The notes: a model not told the origin generated them from the letters alone. A stretch of DNA of 64,000 nt from Mercenaria mercenaria (GCF_021730395.1 NC_069364.1:83403972-83467971), one strand, 5' to 3'; numbered from the stretch's first letter, positions 23,218-36,269 are shown. A program made the numbers and translations.

Positions 23218-26200
23218 TTAACAAGAGGACCATGATGGTCCTGAATCGCTCACCTCTTCCCACATGACCCAGTTTTGAGTATGACTTCGTTTTTTTTCTA
23301 TTATTTGACATAGTGACCTAGTTTTTAAGTTCATGTGACCCAGTTTTGAACTTGATTTAGATATTATCAAGATAAAAATTCTGATCAATTTTCATGAAGA
23401 TCCATTGAAAAATAAGGTCTCTAGAGAGGTCACAACGTTTTTCTATTATTTGACCTATTGACCTAGTTTTCGAAGGTACGTGACCCTGTTTTGAACTTTA
23501 TCTAGATATCATCAAGGTGAACATTCTCACTAAATTTCATGAAGATCTCATGAAAAATATGGCCTCTAGAGAGGTCACAAGGATTTTCTATTTTTATACC
23601 TACTGGCCTAGTTTTTGATGGCACGTGACCCAGTTTCAAACTTGACCTAGATAACATCAAGGTGAACATTCAGATCAATTTTCATGAAGATCCATTGAAA
23701 AATATGGCCTCTAGAGAGGTCACAAGATTTTAATAATTTTAGACCTACTAACCTAGTTTTAGACCGCAGTTGACCCAGTTTCAAACTTGACCTAGATGTC
23801 ATCAAGATGAACATTCAGACAAACTTTCATACAGATCCCATGAAAAGTATGGCCTCTAGAGAGGTCACAAGGTTTTTTTATTATTTGACCTACTGACCTA
23901 GTTTTTTAAGGCATGTGACCCAGTTTCAAACTTGACCTCGATATCATCAAGGTGAACAATCTGACCAATTTTAATGAAGATCCATTCAAGGGTATGGCCT
24001 CTAGAGAGGTCACAAGGTTTTTCTATTTCAAGACCTACTGACCTAGTTTTTGATCACAGTTGACCCAGTTTCGAACTTGACCTAGATATCATCAAGGTGA
24101 ACATTCTGACCAATTTTCATGAAGATCTTGTGAAATATATGGCCTCTAGAGAGGTCACAACGTTTTTTCATTATTTGACTTACTGACCTACTTTTTGAAG
24201 GCACGTGACCCACTTTCGAACTTGACCTAGATATCATCAAGATGAACATTCTGACCAATTTTTATGGAGATCCATTCACAAGTATGGCCTCTAGAGAGGT
24301 CACAAGGTTTTTCTATTTTTAGACCTACTGACCTAGTTTTTGACCGTACATGACCCAGTTTCGAACCTGACCTAGATATCATCAAGGTGAACATTCAGAT
24401 CAATTTTCATGAAGATCCATTGAAAAATATGGCCTCTAGAGAGGTCACAAGATTTTAATAATTTTAGACCTACTAACCTAGTTTTAGACCGCAGTTGACC
24501 CAGTTTCAAACTTGACCTAGATGTCATCAAGATGAACATTCAGACAAACTTTCATACAGATCCCATGAAAAGTATGGCCTCTAGAGAGGTCACAAGGTTT
24601 TTTTATTATTTGACCTACTGACCTAGTTTTCGAAGGTACGTGACCCTGTTTTGAACTTTATCTAGATATCATCAAGGTGAACATTCTCACTAAATTTCAT
24701 GAAGATCTCATGAAAAATATGGCCTCTAGAGAGGTCACAAGGATTTTCTATTTTTATACCTACTGGCCTAGTTTTTGATGGCACGTGACCCAGTTTCAAA
24801 CTTGACCTAGATAACATCAAGGTGAACATTCAGATCAATTTTCATGAAGATCCATTGAAAAATATGGCCTCTAGAGAGGTCACAAGATTTTAATAATTTT
24901 AGACCTACTGACCTAGTTTTTGACCGCAGTTGACCCAGTTTCAAACTTGACCTAGATATCATCAAGATGAACATTCAGACAAACTTTCATACAGATCCCA
25001 TGAAAAGTATGGCCTCTAGAGAGGTCACAAGGTTTTTTTATTATTTGACCTACTGACCTAGTTTTTTAAGGCATGTGACCCAGTTTCAAACTTGACCTCG
25101 ATATCATCAAGGTGAACAATCTGACCAATTTTAATGAAGATCCATTCAAGGGTATGGCCTCTAGAGAGGTCACAAGGTTTTTCTATTTCAAGACCTACTG
25201 ACCTAGTTTTTGATCACAGTTGACCCAGTTTCGAACTTGACCTAGATATCATCAAGGTGAACATTCTGACCAATTTTCATGAAGATCTTGTGAAATATAT
25301 GGCCTCTAGAGAGGTCACAACGTTTTTTCATTATTTGACTTACTGACCTACTTTTTGAAGGCACGTGACCCACTTTCGAACTTGACCTAGATATCATCAA
25401 GATGAACATTCTGACCAATTTTTATGGAGATCCATTCACAAGTATGGCCTCTAGAGAGGTCACAAGGTTTTTCTATTTTTAGACCTACTGACCTAGTTTT
25501 TGACCGTACATGACCCAGTTTCGAACCTGACCTAGATATCATCAAGGTGAACATTCAGATCAATTTTCATGAAGATCCATTGAAACATATGGCCTATAGA
25601 GAGGTCACAAGGTTTTTCTATAATTTGATATACTGACCTAGTTTTTGAAGGCACATGACCAAGTTTCGAACTTGACCTAGATATCATCAAGATGAACATT
25701 CAGACCAACTTTCATACAGATCCCATGAAAAATATGGCCTCTAGAGAGGTCACAAGGTTTTTCTATTATTTGACCTACTGACCTAGTTTTTGAAGGCACG
25801 TGACCCACTTTCAAACTTGATCTAGATATCATCAAGGTGAACATTCTGACCAATTTTCATGAAGATCTCATGAAATATATGGCCTCTAGAGAGGTCACAA
25901 CGTTTTTCTATTTTTAGACCTACTGACCTAGTTTTTGATGGCACGTGACCCAGTTTCAAACTTGACCTAGATATCATCAAGGTGAACATTCTGACCAATT
26001 TTCATGAAGATCTTGTGAAATATATGGCCTCTAGAGAGGTCACCAGGTTTTTCTATTTTTAGACCTACTGACCTAGTTTTTGATGGCACGTGACCCAATT
26101 TCAAACTTGACCTAGATATCATCAAGATGAACATTCTGACCAATTTTCATAAAGATCCCACAAAAAATGTGACCTCTAGAGTGGTCACAAGCAAAAGTTT

Positions 26201-26283
26201 ACGCACGGACGCGTGGACGGACAACGGACGCTGCGTGATCACAAAAGCTCACCTTGTTACTATGTGACAGGTGAGCTAAAAAC
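23218..26283 (+). mobile_element. Complete HINE of about 3.07 kb. 5' ACAAGAGGACCATGATGGTCCTGAATCGCTCACCTC, about 20 copies of a 145-bp monomer (23280-26180) with internal higher-order block duplications, an (ACGGACG)n microsatellite (26200-26235), and the terminus GTGATCACAAAAGCTCACCTTGTTACTATGTGACAGGTGAGCTAAAAA
   Basis: Both termini are present. The block starting ACCTAGTTTTCGAAGGTACGTGACCCTGTTTTGAACTTTATC at 23461 recurs exactly at 24621, offset 1160 bp or 8 monomers. The roughly 240-bp segment 23660-23900 recurs at 24390-24630 and again, with variants, at 24820-25060. Confidence 0.7.
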
Positions 26284-26510
26284 AGAAATATCACACACTA
26301 CCCTATCCATAGAGCCTGTACCAGCAAGTACATGTAATTTAACAAACCTTGAAAATATGTGTTGAAATGTAAAATTTTACAAAAACTATCACCTGCTGTT
26401 ATCAAATATAAAACAATTATCAAAACAATGAAGTCTCTGAAATACAGTCTAGGATTTTTTTTTTTTTTTTTTTTTTTTTAAATATATTAAGTGATTTACT
26501 TCTGCGTAGT

Positions 26511-26800
26511 AAACCCGCCCGCTTAGCTCAGTAGGGAGAGCGTTGGTCTACGGATCGCGGGGTCGCGAGTTCAATCCTCGGGCGGGGCGTATGTTCTCCG
26601 TGACGATTTGATAAAAGACATGGTGTCTGAAATCATTCGTCCTCCACCTCTGATAATTCATGTGGGGAAGTTGGCAGTTACTTGCGGAGAACAGGTTTGT
26701 ACTGGTACAGAATCCAGGAACACTGGTGAGGTTAACTGCCCGCCGTTACATGACTGAAATACTGTTGAAAAACGGCGTTAAACCCAAAACAAAACAAAAA
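26511..26800 (+). mobile_element. tRNA-derived SINE of about 290 bp in plus orientation. It is preceded by a poly(T) run at 26459-26480, has an (AAAAC)n tail, and a 12-bp target-site duplication CTTCTGCGTAGT (26499-26510 and 26801-26812).
   Basis: Head CCCGCCCGCTTAGCTCAGTAGGGAGAGCGTTGGTCTACGGATCGCGGGGTCGCGAGTTCAATCCTCGGGCGGGG. The body is homologous to the inverted copy at 8003-8296. Perfect flanking direct repeats are read. Confidence 0.8.
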
Positions 26801-27714
26801 CTTCTGCGTAGTTCTAACTGCAGTTCATTCCACGGTTTTGGACCAATAGCACAGAAACTTCTATCACTGAATGTCTTGCACTTGTTGCATGGAACAACAT
26901 AATGCCATTCAGAATTTTCTGACAATCTGAAACCTTGTCTTCTAGGAAGTTTGATGAAGATCTATTAAGCCATTCAAGGAAGAAGTTGTTAAGGGTTTTC
27001 CTACTTTAAGCTCTCCAGTAGCCCTTTACAGTGAAGTAATAGACCAAAGTTTCAGCTCATCTTGCCACTGTGGAACTTTCAATGTATGCGGATTAATTAA
27101 GTTATCTCATTCAAAACTAAAGATATTAAGCCGAAACCATTTTTCTATTTTAAGCAATACTGACCTTGACCTTGACCTGAGTGACCCCAAAATACATTCT
27201 GATCCTATTTGCTTGATATAAGTTACCCACACAATGGGTTTGCTGACAGTTAAGGTCTACCCTAATAGAAGATATTGAGTGGAAGCCATTTTACTATTTT
27301 TACTATCAGTGACCCAAAACAGGATCAAAAGTTACTTCTTCATAAAAGCTTGCTATACAACAAGTTTGGTGACTATAATTTAATCATGACTTGAGTTATA
27401 AACATGAAACCACCTTTTTGATGATTACAATGAAAATAACAACCTTTTTTGGTAATTGTAACCCTGACCTTGATTTTTTATCCCACTAAAAATAAACAAG
27501 AGTACCGCAATGCGAAGCAATATATGCCAGAAGGTATGACCTTTGACCACTAAGTGAGACCAAAGGGTTATATCAGAGAATTTAAAGAACTTGACTGTTG
27601 AAGCCCAAAGGACAGGAACAACAAAGGGACGAAATTCCCAAAAAAAATTCAAAGTCCATAAAAAAAACATCTAAGACCATGAAAAAAATCTATAAAAAAA
27701 ATTGTAAGTGAACA

Positions 27715-29897
27715 AACAAGAGGGTCATTGACCCTAAAGCGCTCACCTGTGTAATAAGGCTTCAAGTATGTTTATGTAACATTCTGGTACAAGTACAAAG
27801 TTAGATTTCTTCTGCTAGCATAATAAAAGTATATACATGTTACAAACATTTTTGAACTTAGGGCAATAATTTTAACAATTATGGTAGACAGTACAACTCT
27901 GATATCACATGCCAAATATCAAGACTCTAACTATTATTGATTCAGAGAAGAAGATTTTTAAAATTTCTTATATATAAGCCTACAGTTAGTACATGTCACG
28001 CACAGGGGCATGGACATTTTTTACCTTAGGGCAATAATTTGGACAATTATGGTAGAGAGTCACACCCTTATATCACATGCAAATATCAAAGCTCTAGAGA
28101 GAAAGATTTTAAAAGTCTAATAGCTGAAAACCTATTTCTAACCAAAAAGACCCATATGTTCAATGAACTAGAACCATTTGAACAACTTTAAAAGAGGGCT
28201 ACCCAGAGATCATTTGTGTAAAGTTTCATCGAAATCCATTCAGTGGTTTTGGAGGAGATGTGTTGATGAAAAATGACCACGCCCTCTGGCGGTCATGTTT
28301 TTTAACGAATCAAAAAATTTTGAACATTATTTGTAGAAGGTCACACAAGGACCATTAAATTTTGTGTAAAATTATTTCAAAATTGGGCTAACAGTTTTCT
28401 ACAAGAAGTTTCTCCTATATACAAATAGGCAAAAGTGACCACGCCCCCTGGCAGCCATGTTTTTTGACAAATCAGAATAATTTGAACAATCTTGGGAAAG
28501 GGTCACACAAGGACCATTTGTGTAAAAAAATTTTAAAATGGGGCCAACAGTTTCACACAAGAAGATTTTTAATGTTTCCACTATATACATATACAGGGAA
28601 AAGTAACCACGCCCTCTGACACCTATGTTATTTGACAAATCAAAATAATTTGAACAATCTTGGCACACAAGGATCATTTGTGTAAAATTAGTTTAAAATC
28701 GGGCCAGCAGTTTCACACAAGAAGATTTTTAAAATTTCTACTATATACATATAGGGAAAAGTGACTACTAGACAATGCATCATACCAAATATCAAAAGCC
28801 TAGGTCGTATGGTTTCAGACAAGAAGATTTTTTAAGCTTTTTTCTATATAAGTCTATATAAAACTTGGGACCCCCAGGGCAGGGCCTCTTTTCACCCAAA
28901 GGGTACAATTTGAACAAATTTGGATGAGGACCATAAGACAATCCTACAAACCAAATATCAAAGGTCTAAGTGTTGTGGTTTCAGACAAGAAGATTTTTAA
29001 ACTTTTTTTCCTATATAAGTCTATGTAAAACTTGGGACCCCCGGGACAGGGCCACATTTGACCCTAGAGGGATAATTTTAGAACAATCTTGGTAGAGGAC
29101 CACTAGATGATGCTACACACCAAATATCAAAGCCCTAGGCCATGTGGTTTTGTACAAGAAGATTTTCAAAGTTTTCCCTATATAAGTCTATATAAAGCAT
29201 GTGACCCCCGGGGCAGGGCCATATTTGACCCTAGGGGGATAATTTGAATAATCTTGGTAGAGGACCACTAGATGATGCTACCCACCAAATATAAAAGCCC
29301 TAGGCCATGTGGTTTTGTACAAGAAGATTTTCAAAGTTTTCCCTATATAAGTCTATATAAAGCATGTGACCCCCAGGGCAAGGCCATATTTGACCCTAGG
29401 GGGATAATTTGAATAATCTTGGTAGAGGACCACTAGATGATGCTACATACCAAATATCAAAGCCCTAGGCCATGTGGTTTTGTACAACAAGATTTTCAAA
29501 GTTATCCCTATATAAGTCTATATAAACCATGTGACCCCCTGGGTGGGGCCATATTTGACCCTAGGGGGATAATTTGAACAATTTTGGTAGAGGACTACTA
29601 GAAGATGCTATACATCAGATATCAAAGCCCTAGGCCTTGTGGTTTTGGACAAGAAGATTTTTAAAGTTTTTCCTTTCGGTTGCCATGGCAACCAGAGTTC
29701 TGCTTGGAATTCAATTCTTTTAATAAATTTTGTAGAGCTTCACCCAAGGAACATTCCTGTGAAGTTTGGATGAAATTGGCCTAGCGGTTTATGAGGAGAT
29801 GTCGTTTAAAGTAAAAGTTTACGGACAGACAACGGACGACGGACGAAGTGCGATCACAAAAGCTCACCTTGTCACTCCATGACAGGTGAGCTAAAAA
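27715..29897 (+). mobile_element. HINE. 5' CAAGAGGGTCATTGACCCTAAAGCGCTCACCTGTG, arrays of two related monomer families (125-155 bp, 27900-29700), a conserved pre-terminal segment (29690-29820), a microsatellite, and the terminus ..GCGATCACAAAAGCTCACCTTGTCACTCCATGACAGGTGAGCTAAAAAC
   Basis: Both termini are read. Monomers include ..AAGAAGATTTTCAAAGTTTTCCCTATATAAGTCTATATAAA.CATGTGACCCCC.GGGCAGGGCCATATTTGACCCTAGGGGGATAATTTGAA.AATCTTGGTAGAGGACCACTAGATGATGCTACA.ACCAAATATCAAAGCCCTAGGCC.TGTGGTTTTG.ACAAG. Confidence 0.55.
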
Positions 29898-30214
29898 CCT
29901 GGTTAAAATTGAGAGAGACCTTTACACTGATGCTACATACCAAGTTCGATGAATATCCACTAAGGTGTCCATGAGAAAAAGACGTTTAAAGGTGTTTCTA
30001 TCTTAAGCTCCGGTAGCCCCTTATAGTGACATAACAGACCAAGTTTGATGAAGATCCATCAAGTGGTTCATTAGTTGTTTTGAGGTACTTCCTTTTTCAA
30101 TGGAGCCAAGTGCCCTCACTAGAAGAAAATCTATAGATCAAGTTTGTGGAGTTATAACATGCATTTTCAGAGAAAAAGATGTTTCAAAATGATATCCATT
30201 TCTGCTTGAGGATC

Positions 30215-31362
30215 GCTCACCTGAGTAATATGAGCTACATGTTTCAAATGTCAAACTGATGCTAAATATAAGAAAGTAGGTCAGTCTGGTCACTGAATTT
30301 CAGTTTTAAGATCGGTGTGCAAAACTGTATATGTCATTCAAATTTCAAGGCTGTATCTCAAAAACAAGAAAGTAGGTCAGTAGGTTAAGGTCACAGTCAA
30401 GTGACCCCTAATTACTTGGGGTCATCAGGTAATTATAATTAAACAGTCTAGGAAATATGATCTCATAACTTTTGAAGTATTTTTTTCCTATATAACTCAT
30501 ATAAAAACTAAGTGACCCTCTGGGGCCTCTTTTCACCCCAGGGGCATAATTTGAACAATCTTGTTAGAGAGCCACTAGGCAATGCTACATACCAAAATAT
30601 CAAAAGCCTAGGCCTTGAACTTTCAGACAAGAAGATTATTAAAAGTTTTTTCCTATATAAGTCTATGTGTGGGGCCTCTTTTCACCCCAGGGGCATAATT
30701 TGAATAATTTTGGCAGAGGACCGCAAGGCGATGCTACATACCAAAGGCCTAGGTCTTATGGTTTCAGACAAGAAGATTTTTTAAGTTTTTTCCTATATAA
30801 GTCTATGTAAAACTTGGGACCCCCGGGGTGGGGCCTCTTTTCACCCCAGGGGCATAATTTGAACAAACTTTATAGAGGACTATTAGATGATGTCACATGC
30901 CAAATATTGAGGCTCTATGCCTTGTGGCTTTGGACAAGAAGATTTTCAAAGTTTTCCCTATATAAGTCTATGTAAACCATGTCATCCCCCAGGGCAGGGC
31001 CATATTTGACCCTAGGGGGATAATTTGAACAATCTTTGTAGAGGACCACTAGATGATGCTACATGCCAAATATAAAAGCCCTATGACCTGTGGTTTTGGA
31101 CAAGAATATTTTTAAAGTTTTTCCTTTCGGTTGCCATGGCAACCAGAGTTCCGCATGGAACTCAATTCTTTGAATAATTTTGAAAGGGGGCCACCCAAGG
31201 ATCATTCCTGTAAAGTTTGGTGTAATTCTGCCCAATAGTTTTCAAGAAGATTTGTTTTTAGAAAATGTTGACGGACGCACGACAGAAAACACACGACAGA
31301 CATTGAACTGTCACAAAAGCTCACCATGAGCCTTTCGCTCAGGTGAGCTAAAAAGTGATTCA
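30215..31362 (+). mobile_element. HINE-like element. A partial 5' motif (..GAGGATCGCTCACCTGAGTAAT) at 30215, arrays of the ATATTTGACCCTAGGGGGATAATTTGAA family, the conserved pre-terminal segment TTTCCTTTCGGTTGCCATGGCAACCAGAGTTC.GC.TGGAA.TCAATTCTTT.AATAATTTTG, and the terminus ..GAACTGTCACAAAAGCTCACCATGAGCCTTTCGCTCAGGTGAGCTAAAAAG
   Basis: Same architecture as the element at 27715-29897. The pre-terminal segment matches 29670-29760. Confidence 0.45.
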
Positions 31363-31984
31363 AATAAAGGCCCTCTGGGGTTTAAATTTTCTGTTATAAT
31401 TTAGACATGAGCATATTTAAGAAATAAATTTTTTTTTAGGTTGGATTTTAACTTAACTGACACAATTTAGGTCACATGGCCACTTTCAAGCATCTAATTA
31501 TAGAGTAAGATCCAACATGTCCCTTTGTGTGCTATTACATGAAAAGCTGGGCACCTGGGTTAAAACAATGACATTCAGTAAGTCAATTTGTAACTTCCTC
31601 ACCTGGAAGCCTTCTACATACAAGGTTTCAAACCCACAGTGAAGAGGGGTAAGTAAATTTGACTTCATAAGTACATTCTATGTTCCATTCAAGGTTTTGA
31701 AACACAGTTGTGACTGGTATGTGATTTAAGTCACTCAGTCATAAAGGCCCTAAAAATTGATATAACAGTCAAGCAGATCATTGAGCACAATATTTATTCA
31801 AGTGAAAATGTTACCGTTGATTCTGAATCTTCATCCCAATTGTCATCAGACTCATACTCATCTTTCATTGCGGTCCTGAAAAGAAAAGAATGACATTCGT
31901 TATAACTAGAGATTGTTTTTGAAATAACGGCTGTTAGGGATCAGAAACACTTGACTGTTCAAAAACTTTGTCACTACTAAAAAA

Positions 31985-33300
31985 TTAAATCAGCAAGAAG
32001 GCCTTGACGGCCCTAGTTCTTACCCCAGATAACCTAGTATCTAACATTGCCTAGATTTCATAAACACAAACATTTTGACAATGTTCTATATAACTCAGGT
32101 AGATCACTAACCAAATGACATAGTTTTTGATCTCAGGTATCACATTTTCAAAAGTGACCAAGATTTCATACAAACATTCTGACTAAGATTAAAGATGATC
32201 AGATTGAAAAGTGACCTCTGAAGTGTTACTAAAGTTTTTCTATGATTTGACCTAATGACTGTTTTTCCCAAGTGACCCTGTTACAAAATTATCATAAATA
32301 TTACATAGACAAACATTCTAACCAAGTCTCATGAAGATCAGGAAGAAAATGTGGCCTTTTGAGGGCTAACAATGTCTTACTATGATTTACCCAGTGACAT
32401 AGTTTTTCACCCAGATAACCCATAAATGAATTTGATCTAGATTTGATAGAGACAACTATTCTGACAAAGGGTTATAAAAATCAAGCAGAAAATGTGGCCT
32501 CTTGTAACAGTTTGAACATGTTTTTTCTATGATTCAACATCATGACCTAATTTAATACCTCAGGTAACCAAGTTTTGTATCTGTCTTAGATTTTGAAGAC
32601 ACAAACATTCTGACAAAGTTTTATGAATATCAAATGGAAACATGGCCAATCTTTTTCTATGATTTGACCAAGTGACCTCGAAGAAGATTTCAGTTAACCA
32701 AGTTTTAAAAGTGACCTAGATCTTATAGAGACCACCCTTTTTGACAAAGATTAATCATGATCCAGTAGAAAATGTGGCTTCAGGAGTGTTAACAAGGTTT
32801 TTCCATGATTTGGCCTAGTGACCTAGTTTCTCACCCAGATAATCCATAATTGAACTTGACCTAGATTTCATAGAGAGAACTATTCTGACAAAGTTTAATG
32901 AAAATCAAGTAGAAAATGTGGCCTCTAGAGTTAACAAGGTTTTTATATGATTCAACCTAGCGACCTAGATAAAGACCTCAGGTAACCAAGTTTTGAATCT
33001 GGCTCAGATTTTGAGTTTTATGAAGATCATGTAGTACAATCCTTTTCTATAATTTGACCTAGCGACCTAATTGAAGAACTCGGGTAACCAAGTTTTAACT
33101 GTAACCTTGATTTAATGGAGACAAACATTTTTGACAAAGAATTATGATGATCAAGAAGAAAATGTGGCCTCTGGAGTGTTAACAAGGTTTCTCTATGTAT
33201 AGGTTAGTGTTTATTAATGTGTATATACAAAGTTTAATCAGCTATGAGTGGCGCAGCTGCGAGGCTGACTAAGTTTTGTAAATGCACATTAATAAACCCT
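31985..33300 (+). mobile_element. HINE-like element. 5' AGCAAGAAGGCCTTGACGGCCCTAGTTCTTACCCCAG, about eight diverged 150-160-bp monomers, and a 95-bp imperfect palindrome at 33203-33300 (34-bp arms: GTTTATTAATGTGTATATACAAAGTTTAATCAGC and the reverse complement of GTTTATTAATGTGCATTTACAAAACTTAGTCAGC)
   Basis: Read directly. The monomers are much more diverged than in neighbouring arrays. Confidence 0.45.
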
Positions 33301-33410
33301 TAACTATTTAGAGTTTGAAATTATTTTTTGTTTCTGGATGATGTCAGAGCTAATAAAATCAATAACACACCTCTTGTCCCTTCTATACTCATGACTTACC
33401 TGATTAATAA

Positions 33411-35851
33411 GGCCATCCTTAAAAAATTGTTTGTTTGCAGTAACGCGACCCAGAATTTTTAGTGTGAGTAGGTAGGTAGGGATTTTTTTTTTTTTCGTTT
33501 TTTTTTTTTTTTTTTTTTTTTGTATGCTAATTGTACAATACCTGCATTTCCATTTTAACCCTCTGGTTTATACACCTGGGTACTAACACTTCTCTGTAGA
33601 ATGCTAACTTGATTGTAACATATCTGCAAGGGTGGTAGTTTTCACATAGTATGAATACTAATATTACTAGTAATATCACCTTTTTAATAACAATAAAAAC
33701 AACAGATTATAAGCCTGACACCAGTCAGAAACAGAGCTTATTATCTCCATATGAACTTAAAAATTTAAGATTATCAATATATTAAACAAAAATAATTGGC
33801 CAGACCTTTTGAATGTCCTTGCACTGGCTAGGGTAATAAAAAACACATTACATTCCTTAGGATTCAGCATTGAAGTACATAGCAAAATCTTTGATATTTT
33901 AATACCCTGTAGACCCGAATCTGATTACTAGCACCGCACTCCTTCAAAGCCTATGTATCATGTAATTTTAAGACAATACTAAATTGTTTTACATTGTTTT
34001 CTCAGGGCTTAAGCTATGTTAATATTTTAGGGAGAAGTCATTTCTTTCTCAGCTAAGATTAAGGAGAAGTGGAGTGATTTTAGGGAAACGCGGAAAGCTT
34101 TTTAATAGCGCCATGACAGGCAAGTTTAAAATGGAACTAAATATACTTAGCAATGTAAACCTAATTTCTTATCCTTGTGAATCTAATGTGATTAAACTGC
34201 AAATTAAAGTTTTTTTCGCTCTTGCAATGATTGCCTTAACCAAGAAAAGCCTAATCTGAATATGAATACAATTAAAAAAAGCTAGGTTAATTCAAAGAAG
34301 TATAAAATATTTATTTTTATAGCTCTTTGGTTAATTCCATATCAGCAAAAATAAATCAAGCTTCCAGTGCTAATGCACTCAAAGTCAAAACACAAAAACC
34401 CATAAAAGCATTTCACAGTCACTTCTTGAATTAAATACATGTCAATAGCAGTGACATCACTATGACATCACACATAATACACGTCTTCTTTGATCTGCAA
34501 GTGTCTTCTTTGATCTGCTACTGTCGGCACACATAAAAAGAAACAGTTGTCAAACAGATTAAAGCCAGTTTCTGATGGCAGGTGTCAAAAATTTGCATGA
34601 ATTTCAGTTACATTATTTAAGTCACAGAAAGTTTCAGTAATAATAACTATGTTTCTAAAGTCTGTGTTTTGAAAAATAGGAAAAAGTGGACCCATCGAAA
34701 TTTAATTTCACGCAAATAGGAAAATCTGGAAATGTAAACATTATGGATTTCTTTCACTGGTTTTAGTCATTGCATTGAAAGGATGCTTAACTTTATAAAG
34801 AAATTTTCAGGTAAGAAAATTTTGTTTGTCTAATATTTTTGACGTTTATTGTGCTCTTTCCAAGTGACTTGTGTAGTGTCACTGCAGTTTTATCCTCGGG
34901 GCAGATTAAAAAGATTATGCAACGACAAAAGATCGAAACTGAAATTATTATTTGTTTGCAAAATTGTTTGAGAAATTATGACAGAATGATATCCAAGAAT
35001 TTATCTTTCCCAGATGTTTTACGTACGAGAAAAATCATTATTTTACAAATCTAAAACTCGGTTAAATACGTCTCCAGTATTGCACAGATAACACTATGTA
35101 CCACGATTTGTCCATGTGGAATTTTCTAAACAACTTTTTGCATAATTTTGTAGTATATCAGGAAATCGGCAGGGCGTTCGGTAGACCCGAGCTTCTGGGT
35201 TTTCACTCGCACTTATCGAGAAAAACTCGTATTTGACCCGCACAAAAAAAATTCCCGTGCGTCGGCTTGACCCGAGGAAATTTTCTTTTATGCGTATCGA
35301 GTTCGAAAGAACTGCCCCTTGTCAATCAAAATCCCGGTGAATTCGAAAATTGTTCGCCGCCATAAGGGGAAGTATGGCAGTAGGCGGAGCTTGGTATATT
35401 AATCAGCTTCAGGCAGATGTCAATCATGCCACGCACCGACTGACACGTGGGCTTCTCGCGGTTTGTATTTGATACAATAATGTCCGTCATTGCCAAAGGT
35501 ATTTATTGATCAATGTGTTAAAGTTAATTGATAAACAATGCATAGAAGAGCAGCCTAATATCGTATTTGTGTCACTTGTTAATTAGCGGTATACAGAAAG
35601 CGTAACATTCACACATTTTGTTTCTTATCGGTCATACCGATCATTCATGTAGTTGAACCTCAACGAACACTGTCTAGGAAAACTTATACAAATACAAATA
35701 GTTACCCAAAAGAAATAACGAAACAGGAAAGAATAAAAACACGGCACCGAAAAAAAAAAATCCGAATTTTAGGTTAAAAAATTGTTTGAGTCGCGGCGAT
35801 TTTCGTGAGTCGGTCGCGTTACCGCAAACAAACAATTTTTTAAGGATGGCC
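33411..35851. mobile_element. Non-autonomous PIF/Harbinger-like (Tourist-type) DNA transposon of 2,441 bp. The 41-bp terminal inverted repeats are GGCCATCCTTAAAAAATTGTTTGTTTGC(A/G)GTAACGCGACC. The 3-bp target-site duplication is TAA (33408-33410 and 35852-35854). It has no transposase ORF. A CpG-rich segment lies inside at 35160-35460.
   Basis: The left TIR at 33411-33450 and the reverse complement of 35812-35851 match with one mismatch. TAA immediately flanks both ends. A TWA duplication with a GGCC-initiated TIR is characteristic of PIF/Harbinger. Confidence 0.55.
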
Positions 35852-36269
35852 TAAATGACTGCAAGTTAATGCTGATTTACAAAAATAAATTTCCCAACAA
35901 TTTGAAAAGTACTGCAATGCCACTGGACAAAAATAATTTCATACACTAAGAAATGACCCTATGACTTTTAGTTTTTCAACTCCTGTAAACCACTTTTAAA
36001 AAGTATTGTTAATCGGTTTTGATAAATATATCACATGTCCAGAAATGAGACCGTGTTTTGAAGAGTATTGTCCCTTGATTATTAAGCCAGATCGGTTAAA
36101 TTTGGTTGTTTCCCTTTATACCACTTTAACGCGGGTATTGACTTTCGTTAATCTCTCTTATCTTGATAATCTTGACCTTACACTGGTTTTGTTAATTAGG
36201 GGTATTGCGACAACATTGTGAAACTTTTTACACAAGTGGAGTTTATACCTTGCCCGAGGCAATTTGCAG

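Noticed and set aside
31816-31870. Possible micro-exon on the minus strand (CTTTTCAG|GACCGCAATGAAAGATGAGTATGAGTCTGATGACAATTGGGATGAAGATTCAGAATCAACG|GTAACA)
   Set aside because: It has splice-like boundaries and an acidic peptide (MKDEYESDDNWDEDSEST), but it is too short to support from sequence alone and has no neighbouring exons. It is not called as a feature.
35160-35460. CpG-rich segment as a stand-alone promoter or CpG-island feature
   Set aside because: It lies inside a transposon whose terminal inverted repeats are intact and there is no adjacent gene start, so it is more parsimoniously element cargo or cis sequence. It is reported only as part of the transposon finding.
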